A stretch of DNA of 64,000 bases from Myxococcota bacterium (GTDB lineage: Bacteria > Myxococcota_A > Polyangia > Nannocystales > Nannocystaceae). Within the stretch, counting starts at the first letter, position 1; every line of letters starts with the position of its first letter. The notes under the pieces were generated by a model. The model did no database searches. It worked only from the letters and a program-made list of their open reading frames with translations, and had not been told where the DNA came from. The stretch spans positions 64,001 to 128,000 of the forward strand of contig JBCCWC010000005.1 of the NCBI GenBank assembly GCA_039194325.1, read 5' to 3'. Shown piece after piece: positions 38,070 to 53,752 of the stretch. Both the position numbers and the translations under genes were made by a program.

Positions 38070-39629
38070 CTACTTCCGGAACATCTGGAGCATGCGCTGG
38101 GTGACCAAAAAGCCCCCTGCGATGTTGATGGTGGCGACGAGGATGGCGGCGGCCCCCAGCAGCACGGTCGCCGACATGGGCGCGCCCGAGACCTGGAGCA
38201 TGCCTCCGATGATGATGATCCCGCTGATCGCGTTGGTCACGCTCATCAGCGGGGTGTGTAGCGCGGGCGACACGTTCCAGATGACCTGCCAGCCGACGAA
38301 GATCGCCAGCACGAAGACGGTGAAGTGGGACAGGAACGAAGGGGGCGCTCCAACCCCGATCCCCAGCAGGGCGGCGCCGGCCATCAGCAGCCACACGGGC
38401 GAGCTCTGCTGCTGCTCGCCGTGACCGCCCTTTTTGACCACCACCGGCTCGGGCGCGGGCTCGGGTTTCTTGGTCTCGGCCGGCGATGGCTGGGGCTTTT
38501 TGGGCGGAGGCCAGGTGATCTCGCCCTCGTGGGTGACCAGGGCCCCGCGCACGACCTCGTCGTCCATGTCGACTTGGAAGCCCTCGGCCTTGCCCATGTC
38601 GTCGAGCAGGTGGGCGATGTTGGTGCCGTAGAGCTGGCTGGCCACCGAGGCCAGGCGGCTGGGCAGATCGGAGAACCCGACGATCTTGACCCCGCCGTGA
38701 TCGACGACCTTGCCGTGCTCGGTGAGCTCGCAGTTGCCCCCCTGCTCGGCCGCCAAGTCCACCACCACCGAGCCCGGCTTCATGGCGTCGACGTGCTCGC
38801 GGGTGATGAGCCGAGGCGCGGGCTTGCCGGGGATCAGCGCGGTGGTGATGATGATGTCGACCTCGCGGGCCTGCTCGAGGAACAAGGCCATCTCGGCCTC
38901 GATGAACTCCTTGCTCATCACCTTGGCGTAGCCGCCGGCCCCGGCCCCGTCCTCCTCGAACTCGAGCTCGAGGAACTCGGCGCCCATGCTCTCGACCTGC
39001 TCCTTGACGGCGGGGCGGGTGTCAAAGGCCCGGACGATGGCTCCCAAGCCCCGGGCGGCCCCGATCGCGGCCAGGCCGGCCACCCCGGCCCCGATCACCA
39101 TGACCTTGGCCGGCGGCACCTTGCCCGCCGCGGTGATCTGCCCCGTGAAGAAGCGCGGGAAGTGGTTGGCGGCCTCGACCACGGCGCGGTAGCCCGCGAT
39201 GTTGGCCATCGAGGACAGGGCGTCGAGCTTCTGGGCCCGGCTGATCCGTGGCACCTGGTCCATGCCCAGCGCGGTGATCTTGCGCTCCTTGAGCATCTCC
39301 ACCAGCGACTCGTTCTGCGCCGGCCACAAGAACGAGATGAGGGTGGTGCCCTCCTTCATCAGCTCGACCTCTTCGGTGCCGGCCGCCTCGTGGTAGGCGG
39401 GCGGCCTCACCTTGGCCACGATGTCGACCTGGTCGTACAGCTGCGAGGGTCCCTCGACCACCGTGCAGCCGGCCTCCTCGTAGGCCGAGTCGGGGAAGCT
39501 GGCGGCAAGCCCCGCGCTCGTCTCGACGAGCACCTCGAAGCCGTGCTTCTGAAGGCGCTTGGCCGAGTCGGGAGTGGTCGCGACCCGCCGCTCGCCCTCG
39601 TAGATCTCCTTGGGAATGCCGATTTTCAT
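38070..39629 (-). CDS. pntA: NAD(P) transhydrogenase subunit alpha (single chain)
   Basis: [54 protein letters not shown]. Confidence 0.97.
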   Translation of the reverse strand: MKIGIPKEIYEGERRVATTPDSAKRLQKHGFEVLVETSAGLAASFPDSAYEEAGCTVVEGPSQLYDQVDIVAKVRPPAYHEAAGTEEVELMKEGTTLISFLWPAQNESLVEMLKERKITALGMDQVPRISRAQKLDALSSMANIAGYRAVVEAANHFPRFFTGQITAAGKVPPAKVMVIGAGVAGLAAIGAARGLGAIVRAFDTRPAVKEQVESMGAEFLELEFEEDGAGAGGYAKVMSKEFIEAEMALFLEQAREVDIIITTALIPGKPAPRLITREHVDAMKPGSVVVDLAAEQGGNCELTEHGKVVDHGGVKIVGFSDLPSRLASVASQLYGTNIAHLLDDMGKAEGFQVDMDDEVVRGALVTHEGEITWPPPKKPQPSPAETKKPEPAPEPVVVKKGGHGEQQQSSPVWLLMAGAALLGIGVGAPPSFLSHFTVFVLAIFVGWQVIWNVSPALHTPLMSVTNAISGIIIIGGMLQVSGAPMSATVLLGAAAILVATINIAGGFLVTQRMLQMFRK

Positions 39630-39750
39630 TGGGAAGCCGAACCCCGCGCGCGCCGTAGATAGCACGGCTGTCGTAACGCGGGCCAGCCGCGTCCGGGGAG
39701 CGTGGACCGGCCCTCCACGGTTGGCAGGGGTCGTGGGCTAGCATGCAGCC

Positions 39751-40284
39751 ATGGCCACCGATGACCCCTTGACCCACTTCTCCGCGGCGGGTGCCGCTCA
39801 TATGGTGGAGATCGAATCCAAGGCCCCGACGTCCCGTCGGGCGGTGGCCTCGGCCCGGATCCGCATGGCCCCGGCCACCCTGCGACGGATCTGTGAGGGT
39901 CAGGTGGGCAAAGGGGACGTCCTGGGCGTGGCCCGCGTGGCCGCGATCAGTGCCACCAAACGTTGCGCCGAGCTGATCCCGCTGTGTCATCCGGTGGGGT
40001 TGACGGGGGTGAGCGTGACGTTCGAGATCCTCGACGAGCTACCGGGCGTCCGGGTGGTGGTCGAGGTCCGGGCGATCGATCGCACCGGCCCCGAGATGGA
40101 GGCGATGACCGCCGCCAGCGTGGGCGCGCTGACGATCTACGACATGTGCAAGGCCATGGACCGCGGCATGATCGTGGAGGCGGTGATGCTGCTGGAGAAG
40201 GACGGCGGCAAGTCGGGCCACTGGCGTCGCGAGCCGGCCCAAACGCCAGACCAAGTGCCGAACCCGGAACCCGCGTCTCCATGA
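39751..40284 (+). CDS. moaC: Cyclic pyranopterin monophosphate synthase
   Basis: LTHF..G.AHMV, KGDVL, LIPLCHP, EMEA, IYDMCKA, KDGGKSG. Confidence 0.95.
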   Translation: MATDDPLTHFSAAGAAHMVEIESKAPTSRRAVASARIRMAPATLRRICEGQVGKGDVLGVARVAAISATKRCAELIPLCHPVGLTGVSVTFEILDELPGVRVVVEVRAIDRTGPEMEAMTAASVGALTIYDMCKAMDRGMIVEAVMLLEKDGGKSGHWRREPAQTPDQVPNPEPASP

Positions 40285-40312
40285 TGGACATGAACGGAGA
40301 CGAACGCCCGGC

Positions 40313-41884
40313 CTACTTGGGGCGCAGGGCCTCGTCGTACACAATGATCTCGGCCTCGGGCAGCACCTGCTCGACCTGGGGTTGGATCTGCGCCGCGTTG
40401 CCCACCACGACCACCACCGGCACGGCGTGTACATAGCGCAGGGCCGCGCTGCGAACCTCGGAGAGCTCGACTCGGGTGACCCCGGCGCGATAGTTCTTCC
40501 AGTAGCCCTTGGGCAGGCCGAAGATGATCTGCTCGCGTACCCGCTGGACGATCTGGTCGGGGGTCTCCACCTCCACCGGGAATGCGCCGACGATCTTGCG
40601 CACCACCGCCTCGAACTCCTGGCGGGGGGGATCCTCGGTACGTAGGCGATCGATGTGCCCGAAGATCGCGGCCAGCATTTCCCCGGTGGTGGGGGTGCGA
40701 GTCTCCGTCTCGATGACGAAGGTGCCCGGGGCCTGCCCCTTGCCCACGATGGAGTAGATCCCGTAGGTGAGGCTCCGCTGCTCGCGGATGTCCTGGAACA
40801 GGCGAGCATTGGAGTCGCCTCCGAGGACCTCGTTGGCGACCTGCAGCGCGGCCCAGTCCTCGTGATTACGCGCTAGCGCGAGATTTCCCACCCGGATCGT
40901 GGCCTGAGATGAGCTAGGGCGATCGACCAGGTGCACGCGCAGATCGCCGGGTAGCTTGTAGCGGGTGAAGGGGTTGAGCGGATTGGGCGGTAGGCTCGAC
41001 CGCTCGGCCGAGGTCCAGCCCCCGAATGCGCGCTCGACCAGGGGCCGGGCCTCGCTCTTGGTGATATCCCCCGAGATCAGCATGAAGCCGTTGTTGGCCC
41101 GGTAGAAGGTCTGGTGGAACCGGCGAATGTCCTCGATGTCGATGGCGTCGATCTGGGCGTTGGTCGCCAGGGGCCGGCCATAGGGGTGGCCGTTGGGGTA
41201 GATCACGTCGTCGAAGAGCGTGTCGGCGAGTACGTCGGGTTGCGAGCGGCTCAGCCGCAGCGTGGCTTTGGCCGATTGCTGGAGCTTGCCGAGGGCGGCG
41301 GCGGGGAACGCCGGGTTTTGGACCTCGTCGGCGACCAGCTGGAGGGCCAGCTTGAGGTCCTTTTTGAGGGTGCGGGCGCGCACGGTGGACACGTGGGTGC
41401 CCGCCCAGGCGCTCAGGCTGCCGCCCACGAACTCGATGGCCTCGTCGAGCTTGGACTTGGGGCGGCTGCGCGTGCCTTCGCCCAGCATGCTCGCGGTGAA
41501 CGAGGCCAGGTAGGGGTCGTCCATGGTGCCGCAGCGGATCACCAGCTCGGTGGAGACCAGCGGCACCTCGTGGTTCTCGATGATGTATACGGCCAGGCCG
41601 TTGGACAGGCGGAAGCGACCCACCTCGGGGAAGGTCACCGGCTTGGGTGCGGTGGGAGGCGGTGGCGCGGGCCAGGAGCGGCCCGAGGGGCCCTGGCTCG
41701 CGCCCACGGGAGTGGGCGCAGGCCCGCGCCGACCACCGCCTGGATCGTTCGTGCGACCTTTGAGCTGGCAGGCGGAAGCGGCCAGGAGCAGTCCAAAGCC
41801 CAGGCTGACGACCAGGCCAAAGCGCAAAGAAGTTACGCGGCGGGCGAGTCGAGCGAAGATCGAAGGGGTCATGTTCGCGTCCAT
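40313..41884 (-). CDS. M16 family peptidase, non-catalytic subunit (lipoprotein)
   Basis: LSNGL, HPYGRP, RLFQDIREQRSLTYG; lacks HxxEH. Confidence 0.88.
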   Translation of the reverse strand: MDANMTPSIFARLARRVTSLRFGLVVSLGFGLLLAASACQLKGRTNDPGGGRRGPAPTPVGASQGPSGRSWPAPPPPTAPKPVTFPEVGRFRLSNGLAVYIIENHEVPLVSTELVIRCGTMDDPYLASFTASMLGEGTRSRPKSKLDEAIEFVGGSLSAWAGTHVSTVRARTLKKDLKLALQLVADEVQNPAFPAAALGKLQQSAKATLRLSRSQPDVLADTLFDDVIYPNGHPYGRPLATNAQIDAIDIEDIRRFHQTFYRANNGFMLISGDITKSEARPLVERAFGGWTSAERSSLPPNPLNPFTRYKLPGDLRVHLVDRPSSSQATIRVGNLALARNHEDWAALQVANEVLGGDSNARLFQDIREQRSLTYGIYSIVGKGQAPGTFVIETETRTPTTGEMLAAIFGHIDRLRTEDPPRQEFEAVVRKIVGAFPVEVETPDQIVQRVREQIIFGLPKGYWKNYRAGVTRVELSEVRSAALRYVHAVPVVVVVGNAAQIQPQVEQVLPEAEIIVYDEALRPK

Positions 41885-41914
41885 TGTGCCTGCGTCCGAG
41901 GCCTCGCGAGGCTC

Positions 41915-43297
41915 CTAGCGCGCGGGGACGATCTCCAGCGTCAGCCAGCGGTCGGTGAGATATTTGTTGGCGACCCGCTTGATGTCCTTGGACGTGACGC
42001 TGCGGTACTTCTCCAGCGCGGTCAACGCGTGGACCGGGTCGTCATAAAAGAGCGCGCCTTGGGCGATGTCTCGGGCGCGCCCGTCGTTGGTGGCCAGGTC
42101 GGCGACGGCGTCGACCGTGAGCTGGTTCTTCGCCTTTTGCAGCTCCTTGGAGCTGATCCCGCGCCTCTTGACCTTGGCGACTTCGTCGCGCACCACCTCT
42201 TGGATGCTCTCGAAGTTACCGCCCGGAGTGGGCACGAAGGCGCCGGCCGATACGCTCGCGTCGATCCCCCCGCCCATGGAATCGGTGGAGATCGACGCGA
42301 CCACCATGCGTCGCTCGTCCTTGAGCAGCCGGGTAATTCGGGACGAGTCGCCCCGCAGCAGCACGTTCATGAGGATCCGGACCGCTTGGTAGTCGCGGTG
42401 ACGCTTGGGGACCGTCTTCCAACCGATGACGTAGAGCGGCTGGCGGGCCAGCGGATCCTCGATGGTGCGGGACAAGGGCTGGCTCATCGAGTGATCGATG
42501 CTGGGCCGGGGTGGCCGGTCGGGTCCCTTGGCCAGATCGCCGAAGTACCGGTCGACCTCGCGCTTGAGCTCGTCGTACTCGATGTCGCCTACCACGGCCA
42601 TCACCGCGTTGTTGGGCACGTAGTAGGTGTCGAAGAAGCGCTGGACGTCGGCGGTGCTGGCCGCGGTGAGGTCTTCGTCGCTACCGATCGTCATGTGTCC
42701 GTAGCCCGTGCCCGACCAGACCTCGGCGAAGAACTGCTGCAGGGCCATCAGGTACGGCCGGTTGCCGTAGCGCATGGCCTTCTCTTCTTTGACCGCCTCG
42801 CGCTGGTTTTCGAAGTTCTCTTCGGTCACCGCCAGTGAGCGCAGCCGGTCGGACTCGAGCCACAGGACCATGTCGAGGTAGTGGCTGGGAACAGTCTGGT
42901 GGTACTGGGTGACGTCGGCGGTGGTGAAGGCATTGAGCGTGCCGCCGGCCCCGAGGATGTACTTGAAGTGCCCGCCCTCGGGTACGTTCTCGCTGCCCTT
43001 GAACATCATGTGCTCGAACAGGTGGGCGAAACCGGTCCGCCCTCGCTGCTCGTCGCGTGAGCCTACGTGGTAAGCGATGTGCATCGAGAACGTGGGGGTA
43101 CTGCGGTCTTGCAGCAGGTACACGCGCAGTCCGTTGCCCAGCGTAAAGTGCCGCACCTTCATCTCGATGCCGAGCACGGACCCGGAGGTGTCGCCCTCGG
43201 AGACCACCGAGGCCGCGGCCGGGGTCATCGCCGTGAGCCAGGCTCCGAGCAGAGCGATCGCAGGGGCCAGGCGGCGCCGTAGGGAGGATCTGGGCAT
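41915..43297 (-). CDS. M16 family zinc peptidase, catalytic subunit
   Basis: GFAHLFEHMMFKG (HxxEH), NAFT, VKEE, YYVPNNA. Confidence 0.92.
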   Translation of the reverse strand: MPRSSLRRRLAPAIALLGAWLTAMTPAAASVVSEGDTSGSVLGIEMKVRHFTLGNGLRVYLLQDRSTPTFSMHIAYHVGSRDEQRGRTGFAHLFEHMMFKGSENVPEGGHFKYILGAGGTLNAFTTADVTQYHQTVPSHYLDMVLWLESDRLRSLAVTEENFENQREAVKEEKAMRYGNRPYLMALQQFFAEVWSGTGYGHMTIGSDEDLTAASTADVQRFFDTYYVPNNAVMAVVGDIEYDELKREVDRYFGDLAKGPDRPPRPSIDHSMSQPLSRTIEDPLARQPLYVIGWKTVPKRHRDYQAVRILMNVLLRGDSSRITRLLKDERRMVVASISTDSMGGGIDASVSAGAFVPTPGGNFESIQEVVRDEVAKVKRRGISSKELQKAKNQLTVDAVADLATNDGRARDIAQGALFYDDPVHALTALEKYRSVTSKDIKRVANKYLTDRWLTLEIVPAR

Positions 43298-43543
43298 CGG
43301 TACGCTCCTGGCGAGGCGAGCGCGCACACGGTCGCCCCGACGCGAGAGCACGGTAGCAAGATGCCGCGCAGCCGTCCAAGACTCCCGGCCCAAGACGACG
43401 AGGCCAAGACGCCCCGCAGGTAGGCAGGGCGGGCGACATCGAGTGGGTGCCTCAGGTGCCACAGCTACCCCGGATCAACCTGGGTGCTGAGGGACCAGGC
43501 GTGATCCTGTCGCTCGCCGACGACCGTGTAAGTGATAATCTAG

Positions 43544-44329
43544 TTGCCGATGGTGCCCCCTCGAACGCTGCTAGGTCCGGGCCCGTTCCGGGTCGAACAA
43601 CTCCCCGAGCGCTCATCCTACGAGCTCTCGAATGGGCACGCGATCCTCTGCGCGCCCACCGGTCGACGAGGGGGTCGTTCGAACCTGATCGGCGGTGAAG
43701 TCCTCGATACCGATCCCGCGGTAAAGTCAGCGGGTGTCGATGTAGGCTTCTCACCGAGCCCCGGGGACATGCGTGCGCCCGACATCTCGGTGGGCGACTT
43801 TTCCAACGAGCCCGGCTGGGCGCCCGGTGCTCCGCCGCTCGCGGTGGAGTATGCCGACACGGGCCAGGACGAGGACGAGCTCCAGCTGAAGGTAGGCGAG
43901 CTCCTCGCGGCGGGGACGAAGTTCTTGTGGGTCGTTCGGTTGGTGGGCCCGCGCCGTGTGGAGATCCACGAGCCGGGTAAACAGATGCGCCTGGCGCATC
44001 CCGGCGACGAGTTGGTCGCTCCGGGTATCTTGCACAACCCCGTGCGGGTCGAGGCCCTGTTCGATCGCGACGCGGCGCACGAAGCCACCCTGCGCAACCT
44101 GCTCCAGCGCCGCGGCTACGAGAGCCTCGATGAGGTTCGCCGGGTCGGGGTCGCAGAAGGGGTAATGGAGGGCTACCAGGACGCGCTCTTGGCGATCATG
44201 TCCGCGCGAGCGCTCGAGCTCACCGACGAGCAGCGCCGCCTCGTGCTTGCCTCGACCGACCCCAACGAGCTCACCGGCTGGATCGCTCGAGCTGCCACCG
44301 CGGAGTCCACCAGCGAGATCTTTGGCTAG
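43544..44329 (+). CDS. Uma2/DUF820 family PD-(D/E)xK protein with C-terminal helical tail
   Basis: YELSNG, RAPDISV, PPLAVEYA, K..L.AG...WVV. Confidence 0.8.
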   Translation: MPMVPPRTLLGPGPFRVEQLPERSSYELSNGHAILCAPTGRRGGRSNLIGGEVLDTDPAVKSAGVDVGFSPSPGDMRAPDISVGDFSNEPGWAPGAPPLAVEYADTGQDEDELQLKVGELLAAGTKFLWVVRLVGPRRVEIHEPGKQMRLAHPGDELVAPGILHNPVRVEALFDRDAAHEATLRNLLQRRGYESLDEVRRVGVAEGVMEGYQDALLAIMSARALELTDEQRRLVLASTDPNELTGWIARAATAESTSEIFG

Positions 44330-44340
44330 CCCGTGCTAGA

Positions 44341-44916
44341 TTGACCCTGGTGACCTCGACCGCCCAGCAGGTTCAGGTAGAGCTGAACGAGTATCTTAGG
44401 GCCGAGCGAGCCTCGACGGTCAAGCACGAGCTGTGGCGGGGTGAAGTCTTCGCGATGGCCGGTGCGTCGTATGTGCACAACCGCATCGTGGCCAACCTGC
44501 TGGGTGTGCTTCGAGATGTACTCGCCGAGCACTCATGTCGGGCTCTGCCCTCCGATATGAAGATCCACGTGCCCTCGCGGGAGGGATTCGTCTACCCCGA
44601 TGTGAGCATCGTGTGTGGAGCACCCCAGTTCTATGACGAGGCGGCCGATGTCCTCGTCAATCCCGCGTCCGTCTTCGAGGTTCTCTCGGAGAGCACCGAG
44701 CGGTTCGATCGCGGGGAGAAATTCTTCGGCTATCGCTCGATTCCTTCGCTACGGGAGTGCCTGCTCATTTCCCAGCAGGCGCCGCATGTCGAGCACTACG
44801 CGCGCCGACCCGACGGAACCTGGGTTCTGGCCGACCAGATCGCGGGCGGTATGGTCTCGCTTGCGGTCGGCGGAAAGTTCTTGCTCGACCGTCTCTACGA
44901 AGACATCTCACCCTGA
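44341..44916 (+). CDS. Uma2/DUF820 family protein
   Basis: KHELWRGEVFAMAGAS..HN, YPDVSIVC, NP..FEVLSESTE.FDRGEKF..YR.IPSL. Confidence 0.9.
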   Translation: MTLVTSTAQQVQVELNEYLRAERASTVKHELWRGEVFAMAGASYVHNRIVANLLGVLRDVLAEHSCRALPSDMKIHVPSREGFVYPDVSIVCGAPQFYDEAADVLVNPASVFEVLSESTERFDRGEKFFGYRSIPSLRECLLISQQAPHVEHYARRPDGTWVLADQIAGGMVSLAVGGKFLLDRLYEDISP

Positions 44917-44981
44917 GCTCGACGGCCCTGGTGATGCCTGATGCGTGAGGGTACGTCTCGCGTGAAGCGACACGGACCGGC

Positions 44982-48407
<3,426 letters not shown>

Positions 48408-48728
48408 GGGTCAGCGAGAGAAAAATGTGTGGGGATCGATATCATCCCGTGGCGTCGAGATCGTGAGTATTTCGGCGCCAAGCACGATTGTCGGTCCACC
48501 AGCCCGCCACGGCCAGGCTCGGAGGAAAAAAAATCGATGAAGGATCTACGGGTGGTGGGTCGGTTATGGGCGAAGGCGTACATCCAACCTGTAAGGATCA
48601 CACCTCCACGGCCCACCTTGGGTCGGCGCCGGGCTCGCGGCTCTACCGCCCACGTTGACAGCAGCCGCGAGCCATTCTTATAACGCCGCGCTTGGTGGGC
48701 CTGCGGCGCAATGTAGGTCTGCTTCCGA

Positions 48729-48803
48729 TGGGGCGTCGGCAAGTGGTAAGCCATCGGTTTTTGGTACCGACATTCGCAGGTTCGAATCCTGCCGCCCCAG
48801 CCA
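48729..48803 (+). tRNA. tRNA-Gln(TTG)
   Basis: Acceptor TGGGGCG/CGCCCCA, anticodon stem TCGGT/ACCGA with TTG at 48761-48763, T-arm GCAGG-TTCGAAT-CCTGC, encoded CCA. Confidence 0.97.
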
Positions 48804-48877
48804 AACCTCTCCTCGCCTACCTACCCTCCGCCCGCTCGACTCGGTGGCCTCACCGGGCGAGCTCCCGGGATCCGGCC

Positions 48878-49825
48878 GTGCACAAGACGCTCACCATCTT
48901 CGGCGGCAACTCCTGTCCGAACCTCACCAAGGACGTCGCCAGCTACCTGGGCATCCCGGTCGGGTCGTCGCGGGTCGAGCGCTTCTCGGACGGCGAGATC
49001 TTCGTGGAGATCGGGGAGAACGTGCGCGGGGTCAACTGCTTCATCGTGCAATCGACCTGCTCGCCGCCCAATCGCAACCTGATGGAGCTGCTCATCATGG
49101 TCGACGCGCTCAAGCGGGCGAGCGCGGGCAGCATCGTGGCCATCATGCCGTACTTCGGATACGCGCGGCAGGACCGCAAGGTCAAGCCGCGCACGCCGAT
49201 CTCGGCCAAGCTGGTGGCCGACCTGCTGACCGCGGCGGGTGCGACCCGGGTGCTCTCGGTCGAGCTGCACGCGGGGCAGATCCAGGGGTTCTTCAACATC
49301 CCCTTCGATCACCTGCTGGCCACCCCGGTGCTGCGCGAGAAGCTCGACCGCGAGCGCTTCGGCGGGGAGGATACGGTCGTGGTCTCGCCCGACGCCGGCG
49401 GCGTGGAGCGGGCGCGGGCCTATTCCAAGCATCTCAAGTGCGCCCTGGCCATCATCGACAAGCGGCGCGACAAGCCCAACGTCAGCCAGGTCCACCACTT
49501 GATAGGTGACGTCGCGGGCAAGCGGGCGATCCTGGTCGACGACATGATCGACACCGCGGGGACGCTGTGCAATGCGGCCCTCGCGGTCAAGGAGCACGGA
49601 GCCACCTCGGTGTACGCCGTCGCCACCCACGGGGTCTTCTCCGGTCCCGCGATCGATCGCCTCAACAAGTCGGTGCTCGAGAAGGTCTGGGTGACCGACA
49701 CGATCCCTCAAGAGAGTCGCGCCGAGCGCTGCGATCGACTCGAGGTGCTCGGCCTGGGGCGCCTGCTCGGCGAGGCGATCAAGCGGATCCACCACGGCGA
49801 CTCGATCTCGAGCCTTTTCCACTAG
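48878..49825 (+). CDS. prs: Ribose-phosphate pyrophosphokinase
   Basis: FSDGE, PYFGYARQDRK, LHAGQIQGFF, VSPDAGG, VDDMIDTAGT. Confidence 0.97.
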   Translation: MHKTLTIFGGNSCPNLTKDVASYLGIPVGSSRVERFSDGEIFVEIGENVRGVNCFIVQSTCSPPNRNLMELLIMVDALKRASAGSIVAIMPYFGYARQDRKVKPRTPISAKLVADLLTAAGATRVLSVELHAGQIQGFFNIPFDHLLATPVLREKLDRERFGGEDTVVVSPDAGGVERARAYSKHLKCALAIIDKRRDKPNVSQVHHLIGDVAGKRAILVDDMIDTAGTLCNAALAVKEHGATSVYAVATHGVFSGPAIDRLNKSVLEKVWVTDTIPQESRAERCDRLEVLGLGRLLGEAIKRIHHGDSISSLFH

Positions 49826-49861
49826 CGATGCCCCCCCGCAACTACTCACGAGCAAGCCAAC

Positions 49862-49997
49862 GGGTCGCTGCCCCCCACGGGGGGCTGGCCGAGCTGTCCC
49901 GCGGCGTTTCCGGTCATCCGGACTGAACCAGGTTTCTCTGGGCCCTCGGCGGCGAGCCACCAATGGTGGGATGGCACCTACCCGAGGCCCACGACCC
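49862..49997 (+). ncRNA. Candidate structured leader RNA upstream of rplY
   Basis: Outer helix gggtcg/cgaccc enclosing hairpins gccccc-CACG-gggggc, tccgg-tcat-ccgga and tgggcc(c)tcgg..ccgaggccca. Confidence 0.45.
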
Positions 49998-50011
49998 AAG
50001 CGAACGACGAC

Positions 50012-50626
50012 ATGAGCGAATACGGCAAGATCACCGCCACTGTGCGGACCTCGCGGGGCAAGGGCGCAGCGCGTCAGCTCCGCATGAATGGCCTGACGCC
50101 CGCCGTGATGTACGGCGGCGGCGGGGAGAACCTCGCGTTGACCATCGATCCCCACCTGCTCAACAAGGCGGCGGATCCGGCCAAGAACTACAACACCCTG
50201 TTTCACATGACGGTGGAGGCCGAAGGGCAGCCCCCGCAACAGGTGCCCTGCATGATCGCCGATGTCCAGCGCGACGCGATCCGCAGCGATCTGCTCCACG
50301 TGGACTTCATGCGGGTCGATCCCGACAAGGAGGTCGAGCGCAAGATCCCGGTGCGGTACTTCGGTCGTGCGGCGGGCGTGATGGTCGGCGGCAAGCTCAA
50401 GACCATGCGGCGCACGGTGAAGATCTCCGCCAAGCCGGCCGAGATCCCGGTGGAGCTGGCCGTGGATCTGGCCCCGCTCGAGGCGGGGGCGTACTTCCGC
50501 ATCAAGGATATGACGCTGCCCAACGCGACCTTCCTCGAGGATCCCGAGGCGCCGCTGGCCTTCATCGAGCTGCCCAAGGCCAAGAAGGACGAGGCCGAGG
50601 ACGACGGGAAAAAGGGCAAGAAGTAA
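50012..50626 (+). CDS. rplY: 50S ribosomal protein L25 / Ctc
   Basis: GKGAARQLR..PAVMYG, LLHVDF, long Ctc-type C-terminal domain. Confidence 0.95.
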   Translation: MSEYGKITATVRTSRGKGAARQLRMNGLTPAVMYGGGGENLALTIDPHLLNKAADPAKNYNTLFHMTVEAEGQPPQQVPCMIADVQRDAIRSDLLHVDFMRVDPDKEVERKIPVRYFGRAAGVMVGGKLKTMRRTVKISAKPAEIPVELAVDLAPLEAGAYFRIKDMTLPNATFLEDPEAPLAFIELPKAKKDEAEDDGKKGKK

Positions 50627-50671
50627 CCCTCGCGGGTGCCCGCTCCCGGTGGGGCGGGCATCGCTGACGCC

Positions 50672-51292
50672 ATGGCGGACGCCTCCCCCTGGCTGCTCGT
50701 CGGACTGGGCAATCCCGGCCGCGAGTATGCGCACAACCGACATAACGTGGGGTTCATGGTGATCGAGCGCTGGGTCGATCGGCACCTCACCCCCGGTGTT
50801 GGTGCGCCATGGCGTGAGAAGTTCCACGCTCGCACGGCGACCCTGAGCCTCGGCAGCGCACGGGTCGTGGCCCTGATGCCGCAGACATACATGAACCGCA
50901 GCGGCAAGAGCGTGGTCGCCGCAGCCCAGTTCTACCGCGTGCCGCCCGAGCAGATCGTGGTCGTCCACGACGAGCTCGACTTTCCGTTTGGCCGGCTCGC
51001 GGTCAAGAAGGGGGGCGGGCACGGGGGCCACAACGGCCTGCGGGACATCATCGGCCTGTCCGGGTCTCGCGACTTCGTGCGGATCCGGGTGGGGATCGGC
51101 CGGCCTCGGGCGGGAGGCAACGTGAGCCGTTGGGTGCTCACCGACTTCGACGAGCATGACACCGCGGTGTTACCGGATGTCGTGGACCGCGCTCGGGAGG
51201 CCGCGACCGCCGTAATCACCGATGGCGTGCGATCGGCCATGAACACCTTCAATCAATCATCTTCTCCGAGCGGCCCCGGTGCCATCCCGTAG
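50672..51292 (+). CDS. pth: Peptidyl-tRNA hydrolase
   Basis: VGLGNPG..RHNVGF, PQTYMNRSG, VHDELD, GGHNGL, RIRVGIGRP. Confidence 0.97.
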   Translation: MADASPWLLVGLGNPGREYAHNRHNVGFMVIERWVDRHLTPGVGAPWREKFHARTATLSLGSARVVALMPQTYMNRSGKSVVAAAQFYRVPPEQIVVVHDELDFPFGRLAVKKGGGHGGHNGLRDIIGLSGSRDFVRIRVGIGRPRAGGNVSRWVLTDFDEHDTAVLPDVVDRAREAATAVITDGVRSAMNTFNQSSSPSGPGAIP

Positions 51293-51336
51293 AGGGTTCT
51301 GGTATGTAGCCGCTCGCCGAAAGGAACCAGTCTCCA

Positions 51337-53541
<2,205 letters not shown>

Positions 53542-53581
53542 GGAAGACGAGCGCGACGGCGTCGCGCCCGGCAGAATAAGC

Positions 53582-53617
53582 AAAGAGGGTCCCTCTACGG
53601 GGCCCTCTTTCGTTTTT
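53582..53617 (+). terminator. Rho-independent terminator after hppA
   Basis: aaagagggtccc-tctac-ggggccctcttt hairpin followed by cgttttt. Confidence 0.85.
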
Positions 53618-53752
53618 GTGCGGGGCGAGTGATCGAAATGATCACGGCCCGGTCTACTGGGCCACCGATAGTGCGCGGCCTGAGGCGGCGGCGTTCCTAC
53701 GCCCTGCTCCTACGCCCTGGTTCGGTCGCGCCCTTGTGGTCGCAGCAGCGGG

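Noticed and set aside
39751..40284. moaC as part of the molybdoenzyme system
   Set aside because: It lies 25 kb away among housekeeping genes; it shows Moco synthesis capacity only, not linkage.
48729..48803. tRNA-Gln as an integration site for an island
   Set aside because: No integrase and no duplicated tRNA 3' end seen; it is in its usual position before prs.
49862..49997. Possible orphan 5S rRNA upstream of rplY
   Set aside because: Lacks the conserved CCGAAC and GTGAAA-type 5S segments; kept only as a leader candidate.
48821..51157. 778-aa minus-strand ORF
   Set aside because: Antisense to prs-rplY-pth; no recognisable domain.
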